DNA from: Mobula hypostoma
Lineage: Eukaryota
Length of the DNA: 64,000 nt
NCBI RefSeq assembly: GCF_963921235.1
Contig: NC_086097.1
Coordinates: 221,156,001-221,220,000 of the forward strand
Direction: 5' to 3'
The position numbers and the translations under genes are program-made. The notes beneath the pieces are model-generated. The model saw only the letters and a list, made by a program, of their open reading frames with translations, was not told the origin of the DNA and did no database searches. This document shows positions 26,469 to 38,633 of the stretch, piece by piece; the first letter of the stretch is position 1, and each line of letters opens with the position of its first letter.

Positions 26469-27469
26469 TAATTCTCTGTTGACACAATATATATGAACGT
26501 GGGTTAAAAATCATACAATGGTTGCAAAACTCATTATTGCTGAACTTAATACATGCATGTATTGAAGAACTGAAAAAAAAATCAAGACAGATATAAAATA
26601 GCTTACTTGAATACTTTCCAAGCTGGAGACATTTGGGATATTCTTCTGTATTATTCCTGTTTTGATCCCTTGTTTATTTCCTGTGTTGCTTGAAGTGGTT
26701 AGTTGAATCTTTCATATGTAAAATGTCTGGATTTAGAATTCCAGATTAGACTTTAATCACACTACTGATTTATTTATACTGATTCTAACTGTTCCCAGCA
26801 AAGCACTCTTTCTTTTCAAGCATCCTATTTGTCTTTGAAAGATATTGAGAGTGAATTTTTTTTTTAATCCTCCTTTTTTTTAACAGGAATGCTTCATACC
26901 ATGGATTTTTGTTTTGCATCAAAGTTTTACTGTGATCAAGCATTAACTAGTGCTATTTGAACAAAAGTTACTGATTTCCCTTGGAAAATTCGGATCAGTT
27001 TGAATGTTTCTATTTCACAATAGATAAAAACTGGTAGATAACCTTCAGTAATTAAATGTGATGGCCAGCAACTTTTGCCTGGTAAACTAAATTCCAAAAT
27101 GTGTGTGGTTTTACAACATCAAAAATTACCTGAGGAAAATCTTGCAGTTAGCTGTGGAACTAACTTCTTAGGTTTCCATTTTCCTAAAGAAAGAGGATTT
27201 CCATTTGTATTGCACAAAAGAATACTACAGATTATCCTAAAAATAATGTAGATTATAAAAAAAGAGAGTAGATTAAATCCTCTGTGCAGCCATCGAATTT
27301 GTGGTCTCTCAGGCCTTCTTCATTGAGGAAGGAGCCGAGAATCCTTAATAGTTTGCAATGACGGAAGATATCAGAGATTTGACCTTACAGAGATATATAG
27401 CAAGTAGTGTAGAAAAGTAAATAATTTCAAATACGTTGAAATGCAAGAATATGGCAGGGGGGTGGGAAC

Positions 27470-30400
27470 CAGCATGATAGAGCCCAGGATGAGCCAGCAT
27501 ATTTACAGGTAGATGGTTGATGTAACATTAATGTAAGGAAGGACAAGGCAATGATTGGGTACAAATGCAGAGAGAGCAAAGAGTTAAATTGTACCGCAGA
27601 GACAAAATTCATAAGGGCAAAGAATGCAGGACTGAAGGTGAATATTTAAATGCATGTAGCATTTGGAATAAGGTGGATGAACTTGTGGCGCCATTAGAGA
27701 TCAGTCGGTATGACATTGTTGGCATCACTGAGTCATGGCTGAAAGAAGGTCATAGTTAGGAGTTTAACATCAAAGGATAAACTTTGTATTGAAAGAACAG
27801 GCAGGAAGACATAGGCGGCAGTGTGGCTTTAGATTATGAAGACATGCAGTCCTCTTTTATTGTCATTTAGTAATGCATGCATTAAGAAATGATACAATAT
27901 TTCCTCCGGTGTGATATCACAAAACACAGAACAGACCAAGACTGAAAAAACTAACAAAACCACATAATTATAACATATAGTTACAACAGTGCAACAATAC
28001 CATAACTTGATGAAGAACAGTCCATGGCACAGTAAAATGTTCAAAGTCTCTCAAATGTCCCACATCTCACACAGACGGGAGAAGGAAGAAAAACTCTCCC
28101 TGCCATGCCTGACCACAGTCCGATTCTGAGTCGTCCGAAAACTTCGAGCCTCCAATCAGCTCTCCGACACCAAGTACCGAGCACCATCTCTATCCGAACG
28201 ATTCAGCCTCAATCTTGGTCGCCAACAGCAGGCAAAGCCAGGGATTTTGAGGCCTTCCCTCCGGAAGATTCTCGATCGCGCAGTAACAACAGCAGCGAAC
28301 CTGGGTTTCAGAAATTTCTCCAGATGTTCCTCTGTGCTTTCACGGCTATCTCCAGCAAATCAGAATTGTCCACGGCCCCTGTTTAACAGATACGATATCA
28401 TTTTCACCGGAGGGCTGCGCATGCGCAGTGCGCTGCTATCTCTCCTCCCGCCTCCCATCTCTTACTGGCAAGAGATGGAATTACATCTTTAGGAAGAGGT
28501 GACATAGGGTCAGAGAATGTCAATTCTTTCTGGGTGGAATAAATAAACTGCAAGGTTATAAAAACCATTATGGAAATCATATACAGGCCTCCAAATAGTA
28601 GCCAAGATGTGGGGTTGAGATTGTAAAGGGAACTGGAAAATGCATCTAATAAGGGTAATGACACAATTGTAATGGGCAACATCAATATGCAAATGGTTTG
28701 GGAAAATGAGGTTGGTGTCAGATCACAAGAAAGGGAACTTGTTGAATGCCTACAAGATAGCTTTTTAGAACAGCTTTTCTCAAGCTTACTAGAGGAAAGA
28801 CTATCTTAGACTGGATGTTGTGTAATAACACAGATCTTATTAGGGAGCCTAAAATAAAAGAACTATTAGGAGGCAGTGATCATAATATGATTGGATTCAC
28901 ACTGCATTTTGAGAGGGAGAAGGATAGGTCACATGTGTCAGTAGTACAATGAATAAAGGGAATTACAGAGGTATGAGAGAGGAGCATGCCCAGGTGGATT
29001 GGAGGAGGGTATTGGCAGGGATGATGGCAAAACAGAGATGGCTGAAGTTTCTGGGAATAGTTCACAAGGCACAGTATAGATATGTCCCACAGAGGAAGGA
29101 GTTCTCAAGTGGCAGGGGTAGACAACCATGGCTGACAAAGGAAGTTAAAGACTGCATAAAAGCTAAGGAAAGTGCATATAAAGTAGCAAAAGTGAGTGGA
29201 AAGTTAGATGATTGGGAAGCTTTTAAAATCCAACAAAAGGCAACAAAACAAGCTATAAGAAGGGAAAAGATGAAATATGAGGGCAAACTAGGCAATAATA
29301 TAAAGTAAAATACTAAAAGTTTTTTTCAGTTACAGTATATAAAGAGTAAAAGGGAGGTGAAAGTTGATATTAGACCACTGGAAAATGATGCTGGTGAGGT
29401 TGTAATGGGGGACAGAGAAATGGCGGATGAACTTGATGGGTATTTTGCATCTGTCTTCACTGTGGAAGACACCAGCAGTGTGCCAGAGGTCCGTGAGTGT
29501 CAGGGAGCAGGAGTGAGTGCCGTTGCAATTACAAAGGAAAAAGTGTAAGGCAAACTCAAAGGTCTTAAGGTGGATAAATCACCTGGACCAGATGGATTAC
29601 ATCCCAGAGTCCTGAGAGGTTGCTGAAGGGATAGCGGATGTATTGGTCGTGATCTTTCAAGAATCACTTGATTCTGGCATGGTCCCAAACTGCAAATGTC
29701 ACTCCACTCTTTAAGAAGGAAGGAAGGCAAAAGAAAGGAAATTATAGGCCAGTTAGCCTAATTTCAGTGGTTGGGAAAGTGTTAGAGTCTATTATTAAGA
29801 ATGTGGTTTCAGGGTACTTGGAGACTAATGATAAAATAAGTCAAAGTCAGCATGGTTTCTGTGAAGGGAAATCTTGTCTGAAAAATCTGTTAGAGTTCTT
29901 TGAGGAAGTAACAAGCACGGTGGACAAAACAAAGGCAGTGGATGTCAACTACTTGGATTTTCAGAAGGCAGTTGATAAGGTATCACACATGAGGTTGCTT
30001 AACAAGATAAAATCCTGTGGCATCAGAGGAATACTGGAATTATAGAGGAATGGCTGACAGGGAGGAGGCAGCAGGTGCGAATAAAGCGGCCCTTTCCTGG
30101 TTGGCTGCCAGTGTCTAGTAGTGTTCTTCAAGGGTCAGTATTGGAACCGCTACTTTTCACATTGTTTATCAATGATTTGGATAATGGAATTGATGGCTTT
30201 GTGGCAAAGTTTGTGGATGATGCAAAGATAGGTGGAGGGGTTGGTAGTGCTGAGGAAGTAATGCAATTGCAGCAAGACAGACAAATTGGAAGAATGAGCA
30301 AAAAAGTGGCAGATGGAATACAGTGTTAGGAAATGTATGATAACGCATTTTGGTAAAAGGAGCAATAGTGCGGACTATTATCTAAATGGGGAGAAGGTTC

Positions 30401-30612
30401 AAACATCAGAGGTGCAGAGGGGCTTAGGAGTCCTTGTGCAAGGTTCCCAGAAGGTTAATTTACAGGTTGAGTCTGTGGGAAGGAAGGTAAATGCAATTTT
30501 GGCATTTATTTCAAGAGGAATAGAATATAAAAGCAAGGAGATAATGCTGAGCCTTTATAAGACACTAGTCAGGCTGCACTTGGAAGTATTGTCAACAGTT
30601 TTGGGCCCCATA
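27470..30612 (+). mobile_element. Long decayed CR1 (ORF2 endonuclease and RT), interrupted at 27830-28460
   Basis: YLNACSIWNKVDEL...YDIVGITESWL (APE endonuclease start), then YRPP, NYRPVSL, QHGF and FVDDAK motifs. The 3' end is missing. Confidence 0.88.
27830..28460 (-). mobile_element. CpG-rich non-coding insertion, probably a non-autonomous non-LTR element
   Basis: Interrupts the CR1 endonuclease region. The minus-strand end has aatgacaataaaag...cataatctaa (polyA signal and short tail). No recognisable protein. Confidence 0.6.
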
Positions 30613-31232
30613 CCAATCTAAATAAATTTAGAATTTTGTTCATAAAGATTGAGGAATAGATTTTTTAGTAGAATTTTGGATGATGGAGTTACTGAATCTT
30701 TAAATTTTAACATAAGCAGAAGTCATGATTCTGTAATTCTTTTAGAAAATAGATTGTGAATTTCTGTTGTACGTATATTCCCATTTGTGTGTTCATCTCC
30801 TTCTTCATTCTGCCATGCTCATTGTGGTTTCTGCTTCTGAGCAAAGTCCACTTCCAGGGCTGGTATAATACTATTGGCCCAGACCAGTCCAAATAGTTGG
30901 AAAACATTAAGCTGCATGCAATTATGTGGAAGAAAGCAAATCCCATCTTAAAAACTAGTTAGAAGAAAGATTCTCAGTGTGGAGAAGGGTCAAAGTATAA
31001 TGTTCTGAGAGTGGTTTTATTTATTGCATGTTTTAGAAACAGGACTAAAAGATGTTAGATGCAAATTTGCATGAGATGTTGAAAGAGGACTGTATCCAAT
31101 GTCAACACAATGCCAGCCATTGAGTTAGATGCAAGATTGGTTATGTAGCTAACAATTTATTCAGGAAACTGTCTACTTGAAGAGGAAACAAAGCTTCAGA
31201 GAGGAAATCTAAGCAGAATTTTGGGGAATGGA

Positions 31233-33390
31233 ATTAAGAAGGGTGGGAGGCAGCAGAAAGGAAACTATAGACCTGTTAGCCTGACATCAGTAGTTGGGAA
31301 GTTGTTGGAATCGATTGTTAGGGATGAGATTACGGCGTACCTGGAGGTACATGACAAGATAGGCCAAAGCCAGCATGGCTTCCTGAAAGGAAAATCCTGC
31401 CTGACAAACCTACTGCAATTCTTTGAGGAAATTACAAGCAGAGTAGACAAAGGAGATGCAGTAGATATGGTGTACTTGGATTTTCAGAAGGCCTTTGAAA
31501 AGGTGCCACACATGAGGCTAATTAGCAAGATAGAGCCCATGGAATTACAGGGAAGTTACTAGCATGGGTGGAGCATTGGCTGGTTGGTAGAAAACAGAGA
31601 GTGGGAATAAATGGATCCTATTCTGGCTGGCTACCGGTTACCAGTGGTGTTCCACAACGGTCACTGTTGGGACCGTTACTTTTTACAATGTGTGTCAATG
31701 ATTTGGACTATGGTATTAAGGGATTTGCGGCTAAATTTGCTGATGATACAAAGATAGGTGGAAAAAGCAGGCAGTGTTGAGGAAACAGAGAGCCTGCAGA
31801 GAGACTTAGATAGTTTAGGGGAATGGGCAAATGAAATAATATGTTGGAAAGTGTATGGTCATGCACTTTGGTGGAAGAAATAAGCGGGCAGACTATTATT
31901 TAGATGGGGAGAGAATTCAAAATGCAGAGATGCAAAGGGACTTAGGAGTCTTTGTGCAAGATATCCTAAAGGTTAACCTGCAGGTTGAGTCAGTTGTGAA
32001 GAAGGCGAATGCAATATTGGCATTCATTTCTAGAAGTATAGGTTATAAGAGCAGGGATGTGATGTTGAGGCTCTATAAGGCACTTGTGTGACCACACTTG
32101 GAGTATTGTGTGCAGTTTTGGGCTCCTTATTTTAGAAAGGATGTACTGACATTGGAGAGGGTTCAGAGAAGATTCATGAGAATGATTCCAGGAATAAGAG
32201 GTTTACCATAGAACCATAGAACACTACAGCACAGAAAACAGGCCATTCGGCCCTTCTAGTCTGGGCCAAAACTTTATTCCGCTTGTCCCATTGACCTGCA
32301 CCCAGTCCATAACCCTCCAGACCTCTCCCATCCATGTATCTATCCAATTTATTCCTAAAACTTAAGAGTGAGCCCGCATTTACCACGTCAGATGGTAGCT
32401 CGTTCCACACTCCCACCACTCTCTGAGTAAAGGTATTCTCCTAAACCTTTCCCCTTTCACCCTGAAGCCATGTCCTCTCGTATTTATCTCTTCTAATCCA
32501 AGTGGAAAGAGCCTACTCGCATTTACTCTGTCTATACCCCTCATAATTTTGTAAACCTCTATCAAATCCCCCTTCATTCTTCTACGCTCCAAGGAATAAT
32601 GTCCTAACCTGTTCAATCTTTCCCTGTAACTCTACTCCTGAAGACCCGGCAACATCCTAGGAAATCTTCTCTGCACTCTTTCAGTCTTACTGATATCCTT
32701 CCTATATAGTTAGGTGACCAGAACTGCACACAATACTCCAAATTTGGCCTCACCAATGTCTTATACAACATCCCAGCTCCTAAACTCAATACTTTGATTT
32801 ATGAATGCCAGGATGCCAAAAGCCTTCTTTACAACCCTGTCTACCTGTGACGCCACTTTCAGAGAATTATGTACCTGAACTCCCAGGTCACTTTGTTCCT
32901 CCACACTCCTCAATGCCCTACCATTTACTGTGTATACCGTATGAGGAACGTCTGGCAGCTCTTGGGCTGTATTCCCTGGAGTTCAGGAGAATGAGGGGGG
33001 ATCTCATAGAAACGTTTCAAATGTTAAAAGGCCTGAACAGATTAGATATGGCAAAGTTATTTCCCATGGTAGGGGAGTCTGGGACAAGAGGGCACGACTT
33101 CAGGATTGAAGGGTGTCCTTTTAGAGCTGAGATGCGGAGAAATTACTTTAGTCAGAGAGTGGTAAATCTGAGGAATTTGTTGCCACGAGCGGCTGTGGAG
33201 GCCAAGTCATTGGGTGTATTTAAGGTAGAGATAGATAGGTACTTGATTAGCCAGGGCATCAAAGGGCATGAGGTGAAAGCAGGGGCGTGGGGATGACTGG
33301 ATGAAGTGGATCAGCCCATTATTGAATGGTGGAGCAGACTCAATGGGCTGAATGGCCTACTTCTGCTCCTAAATCTTATGGTCTTATGGA
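31233..33390 (+). mobile_element. CR1 LINE, split by an antisense CR1 at ~32207-32934
   Basis: RT ORFs 31221-32091 resume as YEERLAALGLYSLEFRRMRGDL at ~32940. Tail tcttatggtcttatgg. Confidence 0.9.
32207..32934 (-). mobile_element. CR1 3' fragment nested antisense in a CR1
   Basis: Tail catagaaccatagaac. Flanked by taccat (32204-32209) and taccgt (32935-32940), a probable TSD. Confidence 0.85.
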
Positions 33391-33534
33391 ATGAAGGATA
33401 ACTACATGGGAATTATTTTTTTCACTTCAATCTCAGCAAATTCAGCAATCAGATCACTATGTTTAATTGTGAAATTACCTAATGATGCCAACCTTATCTG
33501 GTCACTCATATGCAGGCAAAATAAAAGGCATTTA

Positions 33535-34350
33535 AATCAAAGTCAGAACCACAATCAGAATCAAGTTTATTATCACTGGTATATATCATCAATTTTGGTG
33601 TTTTATGACAGCGGTACAGTGCAAGACATAAAAGATTACTATAAGTTACAAAATATAAATAGCACAAAAGAGGAACGGTGTAGACCATTCAGAAAACTGA
33701 TGGTTTTGGAAAGAAGCTGTTCCTAAAACATTGGACGTGGGTCTTTAGGTTCCTGTGCCTCCTCCCCCATGGTAGTAATGAACTGATGTCATGCACCTGA
33801 TGGTTAGGGGACGGAGGTCCTTAACGATGGATGCTGCCATCTTCAGTCATTGGCATTTAAAGATGTCCCCGATAGTGAGGAGGGTTCTGCCATGTTGGAA
33901 GTGGCTGAGTTTAAAGCCCTTTTTCATTCCTGCACAGTTGAGTCTCCATACCAGGCTGTGATGTCAGATTGCTCTCCACAGTACATCTGTAGAAATTTGC
34001 TAAAGTCTTTGGTGACATGACAAATTTCCTCCAACCCCTAATGAAGTACAACGGCTGATAAGCCTTCTTCATGACTGCATCAAAGTGCTGGGTGCAGGAT
34101 AGATCCTCTGAGTTGTTGATGCCCAGGAACTTGAAGCTGCTCACCATTTTTACCACTGACCCCTCAATGAGGACCACTGTGTTTTCTCCCAATTTCTCCT
34201 TCCAGATGTCCACATTCAATCCCTTGCTCTTACTGATGTTGACTGCAAGGCCGTTGTTGCTACACCACTTAACCAGCTGATCTATCTCATTCTTTTATGC
34301 CTCCTCTTTGCCACCTGAGATTCTGCCAACAAGAGTGGTGTCTTTGGTGA
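33535..34350 (-). mobile_element. Decayed Rex1/Babar-type LINE 3' part
   Basis: ORF 33911-34219 (VLIEGSVVKMVSSFKFLGINNSEDLS...ANFYRCTVES) with a reverse (AGAATC)n tail. Confidence 0.8.
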
Positions 34351-37007
34351 AAGTCTGTTGATTAGTGGTGAGGGCATGATGGTGAAATCAATCAACAACT
34401 GTCCAGGTGTAGTATGTATTGTTATTATCCAGGTGCTCTAAAGACAAGTTAAAAGCGAATGAGAGTGCATCTATTGTCGACCTAGTGTCACATTCTGAAG
34501 GCAAAACAAGAGAAGGAATTTTACTAACATGGTCAAATGGATTCAGTGGAAGTGAATGTGTGGTGACAGCTATTTTCAAAATTAAATAAAATGGAAAAAT
34601 GCATTCACGTAGCATCTCAAGGATGCTCAAATAGGTAATGATTCAAAGTATATTTATTATCAAATGATGTATGCAATATACAACCCTGAGATTATTCTTC
34701 CCACTGACAGCCATGAAACAAAGAAACACCATGGAATGTGTTCAAAGAAAACATCAAACACCCAACGTGCAAAAAATGAACAAGTCGCAAATGACAAAAA
34801 ACGAGTGAAAAACACACAGAACGTGAAACATCAAGCCACAGAGTCCTTGAAACAGTCCAGGAATGTTTAGTTTAGCTCAATTTTTTGTTAACTACATGCT
34901 ACAGGGCTACCCCGCCCCAATCAAAATTGCAAAAAAATAGCAATAAGAAGGGGGTAGTCAGGAACTGCAGAGTTCGATCCGCAAACCGCATCGATTAAAC
35001 CTTGCCCAAGACCCCAGACTCCAGCATCATTCTCCAGTAGCAGGGAGAGAGAAAAACCGGTCAAATGTCTTAAAAATGTACCTTTTCACCTGTGCTGCTC
35101 TAATAATGACGAGTCTCCAGCGCTCACTGTTATTTAGAGGTAAACCATTCAAAAACCTCAGGTGAGTGGCTGAATGTCAGTATTCAAAGCTTCCTCATTC
35201 ACACAGAGTGGAGAGACGGGTAGTGCTGCTGTCTTGCAACTCCAGTTGTCTGGGTTTGGTCCAGACCACTGGTACCACTAGTGTGGAGTTTGCACAAACA
35301 TCCTGTTCTTTGGTTTCAAAGATATGCTGGTTGATTACTGTGAACTAACTTCTAGTGTACGTGAGCGGTAAGAGAACTGAAGCGGGGGGGGGTGGGACTG
35401 ATAGGTATGTGAGAGCAAATATATTACAGGAAAATAGGCATAGGGTTTGATGGAAGAGCTAACATAGACCTGATTGACAGAATGGCCTCCTCCTATGTGG
35501 TAGGGAAAGATGAGGCCATCATGAATTTGCTGGATGTACACAGCAGATGTGAATTAAGCTTGGCCATAAGTTTCATCATGTCATTAAACAAAAAAAAACA
35601 CTAAGTAGTGATGTGATAGTTGTTAGTTACTGCCAATCAACGTCACTGGAACAAGTGCAGAGTCTCATACTTTCTGGTTTTGAAATTATCAAGGGAATTT
35701 AAAAATACCAAATCTTGACTTTGTTTATTTTTCAAATTTCTTAACCCTCTTTCTTAAAGCAACCTCTATTTCTGTTTCTTTGTTTCATTTTCTGTGCTTG
35801 ATTAAAGATTGAATTCAACCTCCTCAGTCCTTCCGCTGTTTATTAATCAATGCTCAGTCTAGTTGTTGCAGGAGGCACACAGTAGATTTCCGGGTTCACT
35901 CGGCCTCCAGATGGATTTTTTTTTTCAGTTTGCATTTTCAGTAATTTTACAGGTAAACTTTTCTGAGCTGTAGGGTCAGAACTAATTATGTGCAGATGTG
36001 GTCAGATGACCCATTACTGCAACTTCTAGCCCAGTGGAATAGCTAGCTTTATGGCAGAATCAGAGGTCCAAGAATGGTGAATCTGTACGGAGACCTGGGA
36101 CAGCTGTAGCTGAAGTACAATGCAGCTTTGAGTTCCACAATACAAGAAGGGAATTAAGACCCATTGATTGGGCACTAAGCACACAAGTTTCTGGTGTTTC
36201 TGGGACTCTGGGCATATTCTAGAGTTAGGATATAAAGCAAATAATAATTTCACCAGCAACCAATCTTCAGATTTGAACGTAGATTGTGGATTAAATTTAA
36301 AATGCAGCCCTGAACAATTGTCTACCTGGAGTTAATTGCAAACCAGAATATGCTGATTAACATTCATTTTGAGTGCCTGGAGTATGGATGTGATTAAGGA
36401 AGTGTTTGCAAACTGTACGTAATTCAAAGGAGGCATTGTAGATACATTGTAACTATAGAATTGTCCTGTTGTTTCCTTTGATCTTTAGCATATAAAATGT
36501 CATATAATATAGGGTTGATGTGATGCCTGCTGCTTGTTTTCATTGAAGAAAACATGAGCTTCAGTGTCTCTCCGGTGACTTTGTTCATGTCACAAACCAA
36601 CACGTTGTGGGCACCGCCAAGCTGGCGGTGATGTTAGAGAATGCCAAACTCCTATTAACCCAGAGTCCACTCTTAATATTAAAAGTGCTGAACCGCCTAA
36701 CAAATGCCATCTCTTAACCTCCCAGGATTGAACAAGTGAACAAGCAGCAGGAAGGAATCCCAGTAACGCCAGTGTATTTGCTAACAACTTGCTGGTTAGT
36801 TGCTGGTTGATTTTTACAGGTGAATACTGTCATCATCCTGGTGATTGGTGCTTTACAGAGACCTTTAAAATTGCTGATGTTGACGGGGAGTACTAAATTA
36901 CTAAATTAGTAATTACCAATTCTAAAGGAATCTGTGTCACATTCAAGGCTCTGGGTAAACCAGCTGTATTCGGATTAAGATTCAGATTCTTTTTTACTTA
37001 TCACATA

Positions 37008-38628
37008 CAGTGGTATACAAAAGTTTGGGCACCCTGGTCAAAATTTCTGTTACTGTGAATAGTTAAGTGAGTAGAAGATGAACTGGTCTCCAAAAGTCAT
37101 AATGTTAAAGATGAAACATTCTTTTCAACATTTTAAGCAAGATTAGTGTATTATTTTTGTTTTGTACAATTTTAGAGTGAGAAAAAGGAAAGGAGCACCA
37201 TGTAAAAGTTTGGGCACAACAAGAGATTTGAGCTCTCAGATAACTTTTACCAATGTCTCAGACCTTAACTTGCTTGTTAGGGCTATGGCTTGTTCACAGT
37301 CATCATTAGGAAAAGCTAGGTGATGCAAATTTCAAAGGTTTAAAAATACCCTGACTCCTCAAACTTTGTCCCAACAATCAGCAGCCATGGGCTCCTCTGA
37401 GCAGCTGCCTAGCACTCTGAAAATTAAAATAAATGATGCCCACAAAGTAGGAGAAAACTATAAGAAGATAGCAAAGTGTTTTCAGGTAGCTGTTTCCTCA
37501 GTTTGTAATGTAATTAAGAAATAGCAGTTAACAGGAACGGTGGAGGTCAAGTTGAGGTCTGGAAGACCAAGAAAACTTGCCAAGAGAACTGCTTGTAGGG
37601 TTGCTAGAAAGGCAAATCAAAACCCCCATTTGATTGCAAAAGACCTTCAGGAAGATTTAGCAGACTCTGGAGTGGTGGTGCACTGTTCTACTGTGCAGCG
37701 ACACCTGCACAAATATGACCTACATGGAAGAGTCATCAGAAGAAAACCTTTCCTGCGTCGTCACCACAAAATTCAGCATCAGAAGTTTGCAAAGGAACAT
37801 CTAAACAAGCCTGATGCATTTTGGAAACAAGTCCTGTGGACTGATGAAGTTAAAATAGAACTTTTTGGCCGCAATGAGGAAAGGTATGTTTGGAGAAAAA
37901 AGGGTGCAGAATTTCATGAAAAGAACACCTCTCCGACTGTTAAGCATGGGGGTGGATCGATCATGCTTTGGGCTTGTGGTGCAGCCAGTGGCACGGGGAA
38001 CATTTCACTGGTAGAGGGAAGAATGAATTCACTTAAATACCAGCAAATTCTGGAAGCAAACATCACACCGTCTATAAAAAAGCTGAAGATGAAAAGAGGA
38101 TGGCTTCTACAACAGGATAGTGATCCTAAACACATCTCAAAATCCACAATGGACTACCTCAAAAGGCGCAAGCTGAAGGTTTTGCCATGGCCCTCACAGT
38201 CCCCTGACCTAAACATCATCAAAAATCTGCAGATAGACCTCAAAAGAGCAGTGCATGCAAGACGGCCCAAGAATCTCACAGAACTAGAAGCCTTCTGCAA
38301 GGAAGAATAGGCGAAAATCCCCCAAACAAGAATTGAAAGACTCTTAGCTGGCTACAGAAAGCGTTTACAAGCTGTGATACTTGCCAAAGGGGATGTTACT
38401 AAGTACTGACCATGCAGGGTGCCCAAACTTTTACCTCGGGCCCATTTCCTTTTTTGTTATTTTGAAACTGTAGAAGATGGAAATAAAAAAGTAATCTTGC
38501 TTAAAATATTAAAGAAATGTGTCATCTTTAAATTAATGCCTTTTGGAAATCAGGTAATCTTTTACTCGCTTAGCTATTCACAGTAACAGAAATTTTGACC
38601 GGGGTGCCCAAACTTTTGCATACCACTG
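37008..38628 (+). mobile_element. Full-length Tc1 DNA transposon, IR/DR type (1621 bp)
   Basis: TA|CAGTGGTAT...ATACCACTG|TA termini with ~210-bp imperfect inverted repeats. The motif aaaagtttgggcac occurs at the outer and inner end of each. Confidence 0.95.
37387..38409 (+). pseudogene. Tc1 transposase (DD34E class), 340 codons, inactivated
   Basis: One frame from ATG 37387 to TGA 38409 with in-frame TAG at 37522 and 38308. Motifs GRPRK, WTDE, QQDSDPKH and SPDLNIIK, where the catalytic E position 34 residues after the second D reads K. Confidence 0.92.
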
Positions 38629-38633
38629 TATAC

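Noticed and set aside
26855..27090. Strong-looking splice acceptor (T-tract, AACAG at 26886)
   Set aside because: All three frames stop soon after, the donor is weak, and T-runs are common in this window.
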